Source of the DNA: Lachnospiraceae bacterium
GTDB taxonomy: Bacteria; Bacillota_I; Bacilli_A; RFN20; CAG-826
DNA length: 64,000 bases
NCBI GenBank assembly: GCA_963654425.1
Contig: CAVKAR010000001.1
Span: 888 to 64,887 of the forward strand
Direction: 5' to 3'
Part shown: positions 1 to 9,881 of the stretch, piece by piece
Layout of the letters: each line of letters starts with the position of its first letter
Numbering within the stretch: the stretch's first letter is position 1
Notes under the pieces: generated by a model
The model's database searches: none
What the model was told of the DNA's origin: nothing
Seen by the model: only the letters and a program-made list of their open reading frames with translations
Program-made: the position numbers and the translations under genes

Positions 1-64
1 GGACGGAATGGATGCGTTAGCGGATTACATTCTAGCCTCCGTAAAGGCTTATCAAGCCAAATAA
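1..64 (+). CDS. 3' end of a gene entering from the left edge (…DGMDALADYILASVKAYQAK*). Product unknown.
   Basis: The frame is open from position 2 to TAA at 62-64. It is too short to identify. Confidence 0.3.
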   Translation, partial: DGMDALADYILASVKAYQAK

Positions 65-115
65 AACGTCTTTTCATCAAAAATAATAACGATAAAACCT
101 CAGGAATATCACTAA

Positions 116-142
116 TTAGCACTCACCACTTGCGAGTGCTAA
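116..142. promoter_or_regulatory. CIRCE operator (HrcA binding site) upstream of clpB
   Basis: TTAGCACTC-accacttgc-GAGTGCTAA matches the CIRCE consensus TTAGCACTC-N9-GAGTGCTAA exactly. Confidence 0.85.
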
Positions 143-157
143 TTTTTGTTTTATAAT
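130..157 (+). promoter_or_regulatory. Putative sigma-A promoter of clpB, overlapping the CIRCE
   Basis: TTGCGA (130-135), a 16-nt spacer, then TATAAT (152-157). AGGAGG at 179-184 lies 7 nt before the ATG at 192. Confidence 0.55.
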
Positions 158-191
158 GATGGCGTCCTCGTTGAGGATAGGAGGTATTGAT

Positions 192-2312
192 ATGAAATTA
201 GAACAAGTACCAGATTATCAGAACGATGAGAATATTCTCGAGAAGTTCGGTCGTAACATCAATGAAGAAGTCAAAAAAGGAAAAATAGATCCAGTCATTG
301 GGAGAGACGATGAAATCAGAAAAGTCGTCACTATTTTGGCCCGTAAAACGAAAAACAACGTCATATTGCTCGGCGAGCCTGGCGTTGGCAAAACCGCGAT
401 CATCGAAGGGCTTGCGGAACGTATTGTCAAAAACGATGTTCCGAATACCTTAAAAGACAAAACGATTTACGAGCTCGATATGGGGGCTTTGATCGCCGGA
501 GCCAAATACCAAGGCGAATTCGAGGAACGTCTAAAAGGCGTCTTGAACAAAATCAAGGAAAGCGACGGCAAAATCGTGCTTTTCATCGACGAGATTCATC
601 TCATTGTCGGAGCTGGCAGAACTAGCGGCGCCCTTGACGCCTCTAATATGCTTAAGCCTATGCTCGCGCGCGGCGAAATCGATTGCGTCGGCGCCACGAC
701 CTTAAGCGAGTACCGCGAATATATAGAAAAAGATCGCGCCCTCGAACGCCGTTTCCAGACCGTCATGGTGGGCGAGCCGACGGTTGAAGACACAATCACT
801 ATCTTACGCGGGCTCAAGCAACGCTTTGAGTCATACCATGGCGTGAAAATCACCGATGGGGCTTTGGTGGCGGCCGCGACGATGTCAAACCGCTACATCA
901 CCAATAGGTTCTTGCCCGATAAGGCCATCGATTTGGTGGATGAGGCTTGCGCAAGCATCAAAGTCGAAATCGAGTCGATGCCGGCCGAACTCGATGATGT
1001 CTCACGCAAAATTCGCTCATTGGAAGTCGAGAAAGTCGCTTTATCCAAAGAAAAAGACGATTCCAGCAAACGCCGTTTAGCCGACCTCAATGAAGAACTG
1101 TCTTCCTATAAGAAAAAGGAAGAAGACCTCACAAAAGAGTGGAAGGCGGAAAAAGAGGACATCAAGGAAGCCAAAGATATCAAGAGCAAGCTCGAAAAAG
1201 CCCAATTTGACCTCAATACCTATTTTGGGAACGGGGATTATGAAAAGGCCTCGCTCCTTCAATACAAAGAAATCCCTGAACTCGAGAGAAGGCTCAAGGA
1301 GCTCGAAGGGAAGGATGCGAAAGAGAGCAAGCTCGTCGATCAAGTGGTCGATGAGGAGAATATTTCCCGCATCGTCGCCAAAATCACCGGCATCCCCGTC
1401 TCCCGCATCCAAAAAGGCGATAGGGAAAAGGTCTTAGAGCTCGACAAAACGCTCAAAAAGCGCGTCATCGGGCAAGATGAGGCCATTAAACTAGTGAGCA
1501 ACGCTATCCTTCGTCAACGCGCCGGAATCAAAAACCCGAATCGCCCAATCGGCAGCTTCCTCTTCTTGGGCCCAACAGGCGTAGGGAAGACCGAAGTAGC
1601 GCGCGCCTTGGCCGAAGCTCTCTTCGATAACGAGAACAACATCATCCGTATCGATATGAGCGAATACACCGAGAAATACGCTGTCTCACGCCTAATCGGG
1701 GCTGCGCCAGGATATGTCGGATACGAAGAAGGAGGGCAACTCACCGAAAAAGTGCGCCGCAATCCTTATTCGGTGGTGCTCTTCGATGAAGTCGAGAAAG
1801 CCGATCCAGAAGTCTTGAACTTGCTTCTCCAGGTTCTTGATGATGGGCGTTTGACTGATTCGCAAGGCCATTTGGTCGACTTCAAGAACACGATCATCAT
1901 CATGACGAGCAACGTTGGAAGCGAATATCTGCTCGAAGGCAAAAAAGAGCCCGCAAAAGAGCTCTTGAATCACACCTTCAAGCCAGAATTCCTCAACCGA
2001 ATCGACGAGATCGTCTACTTCAATCCTCTTTCGAAAGAAGTGCAGTACCATATCGTCGAAAAAATGCTCAATGAACTCAATGAGCGTTTAAAGGAGCAGT
2101 ACTTCAGCTTCTCCTTCTCCGATGCTTTGAAGAAATGCATCCTTGATGAGGCTTATTCTCCTAATTATGGGGCTAGACCTCTCAAACGCTTCATTCAGGA
2201 CAACGTTGAAACGGTTATCGCTACTTCGATCGTCAAAGGCGATGTGGACACGAAGAACAAATATCTTGTCGACCTCGTAAATGGCGAAATCACGATAAAG
2301 CCGATAGCTTAA
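192..2312 (+). CDS. clpB: ClpB-type AAA+ disaggregase that lacks the usual N-terminal domain
   Basis: There are two NBDs: [14 protein letters not shown] and [17 protein letters not shown] long K/E-rich coiled-coil middle domain sits between them. The protein starts only about 25 aa before the [12 protein letters not shown] motif. The ORF-track start at 156 lies inside the -10 box, so the ATG at 192, which has a strong SD, is preferred. Confidence 0.93.
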   Translation: MKLEQVPDYQNDENILEKFGRNINEEVKKGKIDPVIGRDDEIRKVVTILARKTKNNVILLGEPGVGKTAIIEGLAERIVKNDVPNTLKDKTIYELDMGALIAGAKYQGEFEERLKGVLNKIKESDGKIVLFIDEIHLIVGAGRTSGALDASNMLKPMLARGEIDCVGATTLSEYREYIEKDRALERRFQTVMVGEPTVEDTITILRGLKQRFESYHGVKITDGALVAAATMSNRYITNRFLPDKAIDLVDEACASIKVEIESMPAELDDVSRKIRSLEVEKVALSKEKDDSSKRRLADLNEELSSYKKKEEDLTKEWKAEKEDIKEAKDIKSKLEKAQFDLNTYFGNGDYEKASLLQYKEIPELERRLKELEGKDAKESKLVDQVVDEENISRIVAKITGIPVSRIQKGDREKVLELDKTLKKRVIGQDEAIKLVSNAILRQRAGIKNPNRPIGSFLFLGPTGVGKTEVARALAEALFDNENNIIRIDMSEYTEKYAVSRLIGAAPGYVGYEEGGQLTEKVRRNPYSVVLFDEVEKADPEVLNLLLQVLDDGRLTDSQGHLVDFKNTIIIMTSNVGSEYLLEGKKEPAKELLNHTFKPEFLNRIDEIVYFNPLSKEVQYHIVEKMLNELNERLKEQYFSFSFSDALKKCILDEAYSPNYGARPLKRFIQDNVETVIATSIVKGDVDTKNKYLVDLVNGEITIKPIA

Positions 2313-2315
2313 GGA

Positions 2316-2349
2316 AAAAGCGGAGCCGCCTTGTAGCGACCCCGCTTTT
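2316..2349. terminator. Hairpin between the convergent clpB and ABC ATPase genes
   Basis: aaaagcgg … ccgctttt forms an 8-bp stem with an 18-nt loop. It is flanked by A/T runs usable on both strands. Confidence 0.5.
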
Positions 2350-2362
2350 CTTTATGCGTCGA

Positions 2363-3673
2363 TTAAGCGATTCTTAGCTCGCTATCAGGATCGAAGACAT
2401 GGGCTTTTTTGATATCGAAATCGTAAGCGATGTCATCGCCGTTTTTGATTTCGTGGACGAGAGGGAGCTTTGCCACTAAATCAATTCCGCAGAAATCGGA
2501 ATGGACATAGTATTCATGACCAAGGAGCTCTGCCACGCTGACTTTCGCTTTATGCTCTTTGCCAACATGGATATCCTCGGGGCGGATGCCGAAGATGATA
2601 TCGCCTTTTCCGCTTTCTAAAGCGGCTTTGGCGTTCGCTAATTCTTTTTCGCCTAGAGCGATAAGCTCGGCTTTTTTGTCGGTCTTATCCTCTTTTTTGC
2701 CTAATGGGAGATGGACTTTCTTTTTCTCTTCCACAGGCTCGCTCTTTATTTTTTCGAGCTTTTCGTTTATCGCGTTTATGCGCTTCTCATAGAAATCGTG
2801 GAAGGCTTTTTTGAAGTCGGCATCGACTTTGATTTTCTCTTCGTTCTTCAAAACGATTGAATCTCCGTCATATGTGGCTTTCATGAGGTTCATGGCTGGC
2901 GAGCCGATGAAAGAAGCGACGAACATGTTCGCCGGTTTGCTGTAGATTTCCATTGGGGTGCCGATTTGCTGGATATAGCCTAGTTTCATGACGACGATCC
3001 TAGTGGCCATCGTCATAGCCTCGGTTTGATCATGGGTGACGTAGATCGTGGTGGCGTTCAGCGCTTCATGCAGCTTGATGATCTGGCTTCTCATCTGAAC
3101 GCGTAGTTTGGCGTCTAAATTGGAAAGAGGCTCATCCATAAGGAAGACTTTGGCATTGCGCACGATGGCTCTTCCTAAAGCCACACGCTGTCTTTGTCCG
3201 CCTGATAGAGCCTTTGGCTTGCGGTCCAAATATTCCTCGATTTGGAGTATTTTGGCGGCTTCATGGACGCGCTTATCGATTTCCTGCTTATTTAGATGGC
3301 GGATTTTCAAGCCGAAAGCCATGTTATCGTAGACTGTCATATGCGGATAGAGAGCATAGCTTTGGAAGACCATTGCGATATCTCTGTCTTTCGGCGATTT
3401 TTCGTTGGCGTATTCCCCGTCGATATAAAGATCGCCGTTCGTGATTTCCTCTAAGCCGGCAATCATGCGGAGGGTTGTTGATTTTCCGCATCCTGAAGGG
3501 CCTACGAAAACGATGAATTCGTGCTTTTTGATATCAAGGTTGAAATCAAAGACGGCCTGAACGTTGTTGTCGTAAACCTTGTCGATATGTTGAAGAGAGA
3601 CAAAGGCGTCTTCGTGACCTTTGAGCCCTGCTTCATTTTCGGTTTCGATTGTTTCTGTTTTTTCTTTTGCCAT
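2363..3673 (-). CDS. Orphan ABC transporter ATP-binding protein, MalK/MsmX/UgpC type, with K/E-rich insertions
   Basis: Walker [10 protein letters not shown], signature [10 protein letters not shown] and Walker [12 protein letters not shown] are present, followed by a MalK-like C-terminal regulatory domain. AGGAG lies 8 nt upstream of the ATG. No permease or binding-protein gene is adjacent. Confidence 0.9.
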   Translation of the reverse strand: MAKEKTETIETENEAGLKGHEDAFVSLQHIDKVYDNNVQAVFDFNLDIKKHEFIVFVGPSGCGKSTTLRMIAGLEEITNGDLYIDGEYANEKSPKDRDIAMVFQSYALYPHMTVYDNMAFGLKIRHLNKQEIDKRVHEAAKILQIEEYLDRKPKALSGGQRQRVALGRAIVRNAKVFLMDEPLSNLDAKLRVQMRSQIIKLHEALNATTIYVTHDQTEAMTMATRIVVMKLGYIQQIGTPMEIYSKPANMFVASFIGSPAMNLMKATYDGDSIVLKNEEKIKVDADFKKAFHDFYEKRINAINEKLEKIKSEPVEEKKKVHLPLGKKEDKTDKKAELIALGEKELANAKAALESGKGDIIFGIRPEDIHVGKEHKAKVSVAELLGHEYYVHSDFCGIDLVAKLPLVHEIKNGDDIAYDFDIKKAHVFDPDSELRIA

Positions 3674-3699
3674 TTTTATTGCTCCTTTTTAAATCAATC

Positions 3700-4080
3700 T
3701 CATATTTGAATAGAAAAACCCAACGCAAGTTTGTCGCGATGATATAATTTTCTATATCTACGCAAAAACTGCCTATTTTTTAGGATATCCGTATTTTGCG
3801 AAATGAAATTGCTGCTTTTATGATGAGTGGCGGAAGGCGAATCGTTTTCGGCGATGAGCGTAATAAAGGTTGGCTCTATAGTGGCTGCCCCTATCGGATC
3901 ATCGTCTTTCTCTTTTGCATCGGTTAGATATTCTTCAAAAAGCAAACGCGATTCAAAAAAGGCCCCATGCTTCTCGCTAGCACCTACAAAGCCTATATCG
4001 GCATAGCAAAAACTGGATTCGTTTATATAACGCTCAAGGGCGTTATTCCTGATTCGTTTTGCATTAACGCGCCGTTTCAT
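3700..4080 (-). CDS. Hypothetical protein (126 aa)
   Basis: The ORF sits 26 bp upstream of the ABC ATPase on the same strand. It has a weak RBS and a possible TATACT -10. No motif was recognised. Confidence 0.4.
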   Translation of the reverse strand: MKRRVNAKRIRNNALERYINESSFCYADIGFVGASEKHGAFFESRLLFEEYLTDAKEKDDDPIGAATIEPTFITLIAENDSPSATHHKSSNFISQNTDILKNRQFLRRYRKLYHRDKLALGFSIQI

Positions 4081-4208
4081 GCTTCTTGCCTTGTTTTTGA
4101 GTATAACTAGGCGAAAAGAAAAAGCAAACGCCTGGTGTTTTTTGATAGCAAAAGAAGGAAATTAAACGAAACATAACGGAAAGATGATTCAGCGATTATA
4201 ATTTATCC

Positions 4209-5081
4209 ATGGCCATTGAATTTGAATCTACTTACGCAAAAGCGAAACGTGATGATGAAGGCTATCGCAAAAGCATCTCCTCCGTTTCGACTTGGGGGAA
4301 GAAAGCGCAGCTGCTGCCAAGCGCCCCCGATCTTTTCTCTTTCGTATATGAAGGTGGCGACACCCTTATCGTCAATTTCCATGGCGGCGGGTTCTGCAAC
4401 AAACACCCACTCGACGATGATGCGCTTTGCCAATATATCTCCAAGACGTATTGCGTAACCGTCCTCAATCTCGACTTCTCAAGCAGCGTGAAGTGGGGCT
4501 ACCCAGTCCAGGTTGTGGAAATCGAGCGGCAAATCCGTTATTTCTTGCGTTCGCGCAGCAATTCTTTCAAAAAAATCATTTTCCTCGGGCATAGCAGCGG
4601 GGCCAACCTCGCCACCGTTTTGACAAGACGGTTCCTAAAATCCAATGCGCTTAACATAAACGCCCTTATTCTGAATTACCCATTTCTGGATTTGAGCATT
4701 GAGGCTTCTAAACGCCCCGAAGTCGAAGGCACTTGGCCAAATGAGCTGCTAGACGAATGGGTTTCCTTTTATGCTCCGAACAAGATAATCAGAAAAGACC
4801 CGTCGGTTTCCCCGCTCTATATGAGCAAGCAAGAATTGAAAGGCTTCCCGAACACCTATATCGTAGCCGCTGAGAAAGATCGTCTCACGGAAGATGCGCT
4901 AAAATTCGCGAAAAACCTGAAAGCGGCAAGGGTCGATGCCCGTTTGTTCGCTTCGCCAGAAAGACATGGTTTTATCGAAAGAGGGATGTCTAATGTATAC
5001 CATTTGCCAAACGACCCATCCGTTCTTTACGCAAAATCGGTCGTTGATCAGGAAATGGTTTTCGCTTTGACGAGCAAATAG
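4209..5081 (+). CDS. Alpha/beta hydrolase, HSL/Aes-type esterase
   Basis: It has the HGGGF oxyanion motif and the GHSSGA nucleophile elbow (GxSxG). Confidence 0.8.
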   Translation: MAIEFESTYAKAKRDDEGYRKSISSVSTWGKKAQLLPSAPDLFSFVYEGGDTLIVNFHGGGFCNKHPLDDDALCQYISKTYCVTVLNLDFSSSVKWGYPVQVVEIERQIRYFLRSRSNSFKKIIFLGHSSGANLATVLTRRFLKSNALNINALILNYPFLDLSIEASKRPEVEGTWPNELLDEWVSFYAPNKIIRKDPSVSPLYMSKQELKGFPNTYIVAAEKDRLTEDALKFAKNLKAARVDARLFASPERHGFIERGMSNVYHLPNDPSVLYAKSVVDQEMVFALTSK

Positions 5082-5082
5082 C

Positions 5083-5703
5083 CTATTTATCGAATTTGGC
5101 CCGCAACACCGCAATGAAGGTGAGCGGGATGCCGATTATGAAGACAAAGGCCAAATTCCAGCCTTGGTTTTCATCGATATGCAAACCTATCTCCAAATAG
5201 GCTGAAGTTAACAAAGACCAGCAAAAGCAAATGCGGTAAGCAAGCAAATGCGCTTTGTTTTTATAGCGCCAAGCATATAGCGACAATATCCCGAATGTCC
5301 CAGGGATAGCCCAAATGAAAGGCATCCAGACGCTATAAACGGATTCTTGATGAAGAATTAAGATGCCGCCGCACGCCACCGAGGCGATGGTCCACACGCC
5401 AAGTATCCAAAGAGCGCAGATTATAAGGCGATTCCGGAATTCGATTTGGTCCCTGCTTTTGGCGTAGAGAAGTTTGTTGTCCGGCGTTGGTTTGTGGGTA
5501 AGATAATCGATGGTAACGCCATAGAAATCAGCGAGGTCTTGGAGGGTCGCCAAATCTGGCATAACCTCCCCTCTTTCCCAACGCGAAATGTTTTTGTCGC
5601 TATAAGAGAATTTCTCGGCGATATCCCCTTGGGTCAATCCGTGGTCTTTCCTCAGTTTCACTAAATTGCTCGCCACGATTTCAGCGATTTCATTCTGCGT
5701 CAT
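5083..5703 (-). CDS. XRE-family HTH regulator with a C-terminal multi-TM domain
   Basis: The N-terminus is a Cro/C1-type HTH (LRKDHGLTQGDIAEKFSYSDKNISRWERGE). About 4 hydrophobic helices follow. Confidence 0.8.
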   Translation of the reverse strand: MTQNEIAEIVASNLVKLRKDHGLTQGDIAEKFSYSDKNISRWERGEVMPDLATLQDLADFYGVTIDYLTHKPTPDNKLLYAKSRDQIEFRNRLIICALWILGVWTIASVACGGILILHQESVYSVWMPFIWAIPGTFGILSLYAWRYKNKAHLLAYRICFCWSLLTSAYLEIGLHIDENQGWNLAFVFIIGIPLTFIAVLRAKFDK

Positions 5704-5985
5704 AACGACTTGATTTTAGCGCGTTATGCCGTTTTGTTGAAGGCGCGTTGTGGCTTCTTTTCGTCTCTGCAAATTGACGAAGTAATCGCGAACGCCATGA
5801 ACAACCACGCCGAGGTCTAGGAATTTGCCCAGCCTCGTGTTTTTCGGCGAGTGCTGCGCGATTTCGCCAAAAATTCAAATCGCCAAACCGAAAAAATGCC
5901 GATATTTGCTGATATGGGAAATCTTTTATCGATACAAGTGACCGTTTCTGATCTACACTTGAAACGTAATTGAGGAGAGCTGAGA

Positions 5986-6810
5986 ATGATTAACAAAGTA
6001 ATCGATTTAAAAGATGAATTCCCGATGCTTGAAAAATCGGTGAGACTAATTTCATATTGCCCCGACAATTTCGAGGAGATGTCAATTTCTAGACATAGGA
6101 AGACGCTTTTGCTCCTCCCGGGCGGAGCTTATCGCTACAATAGCGACCGTGAGGGAGAGCCAGTAGCTCTTCGCTTTCTTGGCCATGATATGAATGTTTT
6201 TTTGCTGGATTATAGCCACGGACCATACCTTCCGCCTTATCCATTTGTCGAAGGCTTTGCAACTATTGCCTATATAAGGCGTCACGCCGATGAATATCAT
6301 GTTGACCCTAACGCGATAGGAGTGATTGGTTTCTCTGCCGGCGGGCATTTCGCCGCTTCTTTGGGGGCTTTCTATAACAAAAAGGAGTACTCTTCTTTTC
6401 TTTCGTGTTCGGAGGATGAGATTAAACCAAACGCTTTGATTCTTGGCTACCCCGTCATCAACCTCAGCGGCAACAAAATAACGGCAGACAACTTGCTTTT
6501 GAAGGCTCCTGAAAAAAAGGATGAGTATTGCATCGAAAAACAAGTAACTGCGGCATATCCACCAACTTTTATATGGTCATGCAATGACGATACGGACGTG
6601 AACACCATAAATTCGCTCTTATTGGCTCTCGCCTTAAAGGAGAACGGCGTTCGCTTTGAACTCCATCACTATGCCTATGGTATCCATGGCGGCTCGATTG
6701 CCGAGCCATATGTCTATCCTGATAATGTTGAACCGGCAAGACTAGAGGAAGCGACTTATTACCATGATTGGGTTGAGCGGGCTTTAAACTTCCTTAAAAG
6801 AGTTTTTTGA
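5986..6810 (+). CDS. Alpha/beta hydrolase (acetyl-esterase-like)
   Basis: It has LLPGGAY and the GFSAGGH (GxSxG) motif. GAGGAG RBS lies upstream. Confidence 0.8.
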   Translation: MINKVIDLKDEFPMLEKSVRLISYCPDNFEEMSISRHRKTLLLLPGGAYRYNSDREGEPVALRFLGHDMNVFLLDYSHGPYLPPYPFVEGFATIAYIRRHADEYHVDPNAIGVIGFSAGGHFAASLGAFYNKKEYSSFLSCSEDEIKPNALILGYPVINLSGNKITADNLLLKAPEKKDEYCIEKQVTAAYPPTFIWSCNDDTDVNTINSLLLALALKENGVRFELHHYAYGIHGGSIAEPYVYPDNVEPARLEEATYYHDWVERALNFLKRVF

Positions 6811-6846
6811 TTGGCATTTTATCGAATATAAGCGCTCAATTAGGCG

Positions 6847-6891
6847 GAAACAAATAACGGGATAACTGCCTAGAAACAAATAACGGTATAA
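6847..6891. repeat. Two 19-nt direct repeats upstream of the GT8 promoter
   Basis: GAAACAAATAACGGgATAA starts at 6847 and GAAACAAATAACGGtATAA starts at 6873. The period is 26 bp. Confidence 0.6.
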
Positions 6892-6912
6892 AGACATCTA
6901 TTGAAGGCGCCT

Positions 6913-6941
6913 TTGCAAGTTGAGGCGACACTCACTAAAAT
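6913..6941 (+). promoter_or_regulatory. Putative promoter of the GT8 gene
   Basis: TTGCAA (6913-6918), a 17-nt spacer, then TAAAAT (6936-6941). The ATG is 15 nt downstream and has no SD. Confidence 0.5.
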
Positions 6942-6956
6942 ACAAACGGGCAAAAA

Positions 6957-7805
6957 ATGGTCAATTTGGTTTATTGCGGCAACAAATACATGTTCGATGG
7001 CATTTTGTTGTCCTTATTAAGCGCGAGCAAAACATGCAAAGAGCCACTAAACGTCACTATTTTGACAGGCGATTTCAGTAAGCTTAATCCTTCTTATCTT
7101 TCTTTGGAGGACTTTGAAGCCGACTTTTTGCGGGCGGTTATCAAGAAGTACAACAAGGATAACGATCTTGAGCTTCGCGACATCAGCGATCTTATAAAAA
7201 GCGAGTTGGCGGAAACCGCGAACCTCGACAATGAATATACGCCATATTGTTTGATGCGAACCTTCCTTGATTTGCTGGAAAACGTGCCTCCGCGTGTGCT
7301 TTATCTTGATTGCGATACGATAGTGCTGCGGGATATCGCCCCTTTCTTTCATAAAGACCTGGGCGATAAGGATATCGGCTGCGTTATCGATAATGCGTAT
7401 GTCGGCTTATTCAAGCGCCATTATTTCAACGCCGGCGTAATGCTTATGGACTTAGAGAAAATCCGCCACGATGGATTGATGGTAGCCTCACGCGAGCTGA
7501 TCGCTACAAAAAAGATGAAACATCCTGACCAAGATGCAATGAACAAAATCTTCAGCAAAGCCAAGAAAATCGCCTACTTTTCGCGCGATTACAATGAACA
7601 GCGGCGCCTTTCCGCTTCGACGGTGATTCGGCATTTCGCCCCGCAGCTTGTTTTCTTCCCGCTTCCCCACCTCATTAACGTCAAACCATGGGATTATGCC
7701 GATGTGCACAACGTTTACCATTACAAAGATTTCGATCAGCTCTTCAAAGAAGCGGTGCAACTGAAGAAAGAATTTTCGCTTGCTCACGCCGACAAATTCA
7801 AATAA
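6957..7805 (+). CDS. Glycosyltransferase family 8-like protein
   Basis: It has a DxD motif (YLDCDTIVL) and FNAGVMLMD, both typical of GT8 retaining transferases. Confidence 0.75.
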   Translation: MVNLVYCGNKYMFDGILLSLLSASKTCKEPLNVTILTGDFSKLNPSYLSLEDFEADFLRAVIKKYNKDNDLELRDISDLIKSELAETANLDNEYTPYCLMRTFLDLLENVPPRVLYLDCDTIVLRDIAPFFHKDLGDKDIGCVIDNAYVGLFKRHYFNAGVMLMDLEKIRHDGLMVASRELIATKKMKHPDQDAMNKIFSKAKKIAYFSRDYNEQRRLSASTVIRHFAPQLVFFPLPHLINVKPWDYADVHNVYHYKDFDQLFKEAVQLKKEFSLAHADKFK

Positions 7806-7890
7806 CTGGCAACGATTATTAAGAAAACCACATTTTGTTATAGGGTTTTCGGTATAATATCGCTCAAAGCAAAAGGAGGAAAAAATATTA

Positions 7891-9876
7891 ATGTATAGTG
7901 AGGAGAATAGATCCTCAGGCTTAGCGAAGTTCCTCTCGAACTACGACTATGTCTATCTGGATACTTGCTCTCTCATGGAAGACGGATTCCCCATCTTCAT
8001 GGACGCTTTGGTGGCATCCAAGGAATACTGGAAGGAAGGCCTACGCGTAATTGTCCCCGATGAATGCGTAAAAGAACTCAAAAAGCATTCGAGGAACAAA
8101 GAGAAAAACGATGCGAGAATCGGCGCGAAACGCGCACTCAAGATTCTCAGCCACGACAGGTGGCACGGAAAAACGATCGAAAGAGAAAGAGGAATCACCG
8201 ATGGTGATTTCGGAGATCAAGCAATTACGCAAGCGGTAATCAAGAACAGAATCAGAAGCAAGATTCTCGTCATTACCCAGGATAAGACCTTGACTCGCGA
8301 TTTAAGGAATTTGAATCAGCTAGAGTCGCAACACGGCAGGAACCTTGATGTCTATAAAATCGCTCCAAATGGCGAATTGACGAAGAATCTTGGCGATGCC
8401 GGGTATTCTCGTCCGATTGAGAGCAAGACTAAAGAAAAGAAGGGCTTTGGCTTTAAAAAGCTCTTCCAAAAATCAGAAAAGAAAAACCAAAAAGAGGAAT
8501 TGCCGTCTTCTCTTTTGGTTGTTCAGGAAGCGGATAAGAAACTATCGTCCGCTTTAGGCAACAAAAATTACCCGAATGACAAGAGATTGGCGGATATCAA
8601 CGCCCAGATCAGCGCTTTGTCGCGCTTATCAAACGCCGATAAGAAAAAGCTTACTTTGCTTTATCCCGAAGATCGCTTGCTGAAGGAGAAAGAAGCCATC
8701 ATCAAGCGCAATCTGGCGCAAGCTGAGGCTAAGAAAGCTCCAAAGCAAGAGACGCATGAGCACTTTGAAAAACCATTGCCCAAAAAGACACTGCCTGATC
8801 CTTCAACCCTTGATTTGCCTAAGATAGAAAAGGGCGATTCGTCAGTTTCTAGCGCCCTTAAGTCTCTATTCGATAGGCTTCACGTAATCGTTCGCGACGA
8901 TTCCTCCGTTCCTTATTTCGGAGCAGTCCACGGGCCGCTCGATGTGACAAAGGCCTCTTTGAACGCCGTCATTAAAGGCGTGCCGCAACTAGGGGATGGC
9001 GAGCAAAAAGATATCGATTTTGCAGGGAAAAAAGTAACCATAACGTGCAAAAAAGGCATATATTACGCCACTTTGAAAGTTATGGATACTCCGCAAAAAG
9101 CCGCTGAAAAAGTCGATATTGGTAAAAAGATAGGCAAAAACGAGGCTAAAGCAAATACTGCCGAACTAGTGAAAAAAGACGCCTCTACCGCCTCTATTAA
9201 AAAGAGCGATGGCGAGAAACCTCTTGTAGGCGCATCCGCTCCCAAACAAAAATCCGAGACGAAGAAAAAAGACCAAACCGAACCCGCAAAAGGCAAAAAG
9301 ACGAACCCTGAAATCAAAACCGCCAAAAAGAGCGAGAGCAAAATAGAGCCTGTCAAAGAGCCCAAGAAAGCTGAAGTTCCTCTTAAGGCGAAAAAACAAC
9401 CTGTTTCCAAAAGCAAACAGGCTAATAAGGAAGAGACTAAGCCCGAGCTTAAGGTAAGCGACCCATTCTCTGAAGGCTCATTCGTTTTGCCTTTAGGCGT
9501 CAATCTCTTCGTTGGCGAGCCTTCAAAGCGGACTCACGCCAAAAAGAATCCGAGCAAAGAGGTCAAAAAGGAAGATGAGCCTTTATCGCTGGAAGAGAAA
9601 ATGGACGTCGACCGCTACCTCAAGAAAGAAAGCGCTGCGCCGAAAAAGAGCGCGAAGCCCAAAGACGATCCCGAACTTCTGAAAAAAGCCTTGTCGTCTG
9701 AAGCCAAACTGAACGCGAATATCAATAATTCGAACTATCCTTTGAACAGCAAAATTCGCGATTTGGAAGAGCAGAAGGCATTAATCAAAAAGCTGAGCGA
9801 AAAAGACAGAAAGAGCCTAAAACTCAAGCTTTCCGATATCGATAAGAAGCTCAAAGAGTTCAAGAAGGCAGCGTAA
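7891..9876 (+). CDS. PIN-like nuclease domain protein with a roughly 490-aa Lys/Glu/Pro/Ser-rich, mostly low-complexity C-terminal region
   Basis: The N-terminal ~165 aa carry acidic residues spaced as in PIN domains: YLDTCS, VPDECVKEL, GDFGDQAI, VITQDKTL. The rest is K-rich (…KGKKTNPEIKTAKKSESKIEPVKEPKKAEVPLKAKK…). It contains one small globular-looking island and two copies of an NYPx(D/N)x(R/K)(L/I)xD(I/L) motif. A strong RBS AAGGAGG lies upstream. No signal peptide is present. Confidence 0.6.
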   Translation: MYSEENRSSGLAKFLSNYDYVYLDTCSLMEDGFPIFMDALVASKEYWKEGLRVIVPDECVKELKKHSRNKEKNDARIGAKRALKILSHDRWHGKTIERERGITDGDFGDQAITQAVIKNRIRSKILVITQDKTLTRDLRNLNQLESQHGRNLDVYKIAPNGELTKNLGDAGYSRPIESKTKEKKGFGFKKLFQKSEKKNQKEELPSSLLVVQEADKKLSSALGNKNYPNDKRLADINAQISALSRLSNADKKKLTLLYPEDRLLKEKEAIIKRNLAQAEAKKAPKQETHEHFEKPLPKKTLPDPSTLDLPKIEKGDSSVSSALKSLFDRLHVIVRDDSSVPYFGAVHGPLDVTKASLNAVIKGVPQLGDGEQKDIDFAGKKVTITCKKGIYYATLKVMDTPQKAAEKVDIGKKIGKNEAKANTAELVKKDASTASIKKSDGEKPLVGASAPKQKSETKKKDQTEPAKGKKTNPEIKTAKKSESKIEPVKEPKKAEVPLKAKKQPVSKSKQANKEETKPELKVSDPFSEGSFVLPLGVNLFVGEPSKRTHAKKNPSKEVKKEDEPLSLEEKMDVDRYLKKESAAPKKSAKPKDDPELLKKALSSEAKLNANINNSNYPLNSKIRDLEEQKALIKKLSEKDRKSLKLKLSDIDKKLKEFKKAA

Positions 9877-9881
9877 AAGGA

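Noticed and set aside
4109-4143. A plus-strand terminator-like hairpin (AGGCG-(15 nt)-CGCCT followed by ggtgTTTTTT) with no upstream plus-strand gene
   Set aside because: The stem is short, the loop is long and there is no associated transcript unit. It could be chance or an sRNA end, and the sequence alone cannot settle this.
5734-5850. A small plus-strand ORF (…LQIDEVIANAMNNHAEV*) followed by a CGAGG-(17 nt)-CCTCG hairpin plus T-run, in the 282-bp XRE/esterase divergent region
   Set aside because: It has no ATG start with an RBS, the stem is only 5 bp with a large loop, and no family was recognised. It may be a gene remnant, but the evidence is too weak to call.
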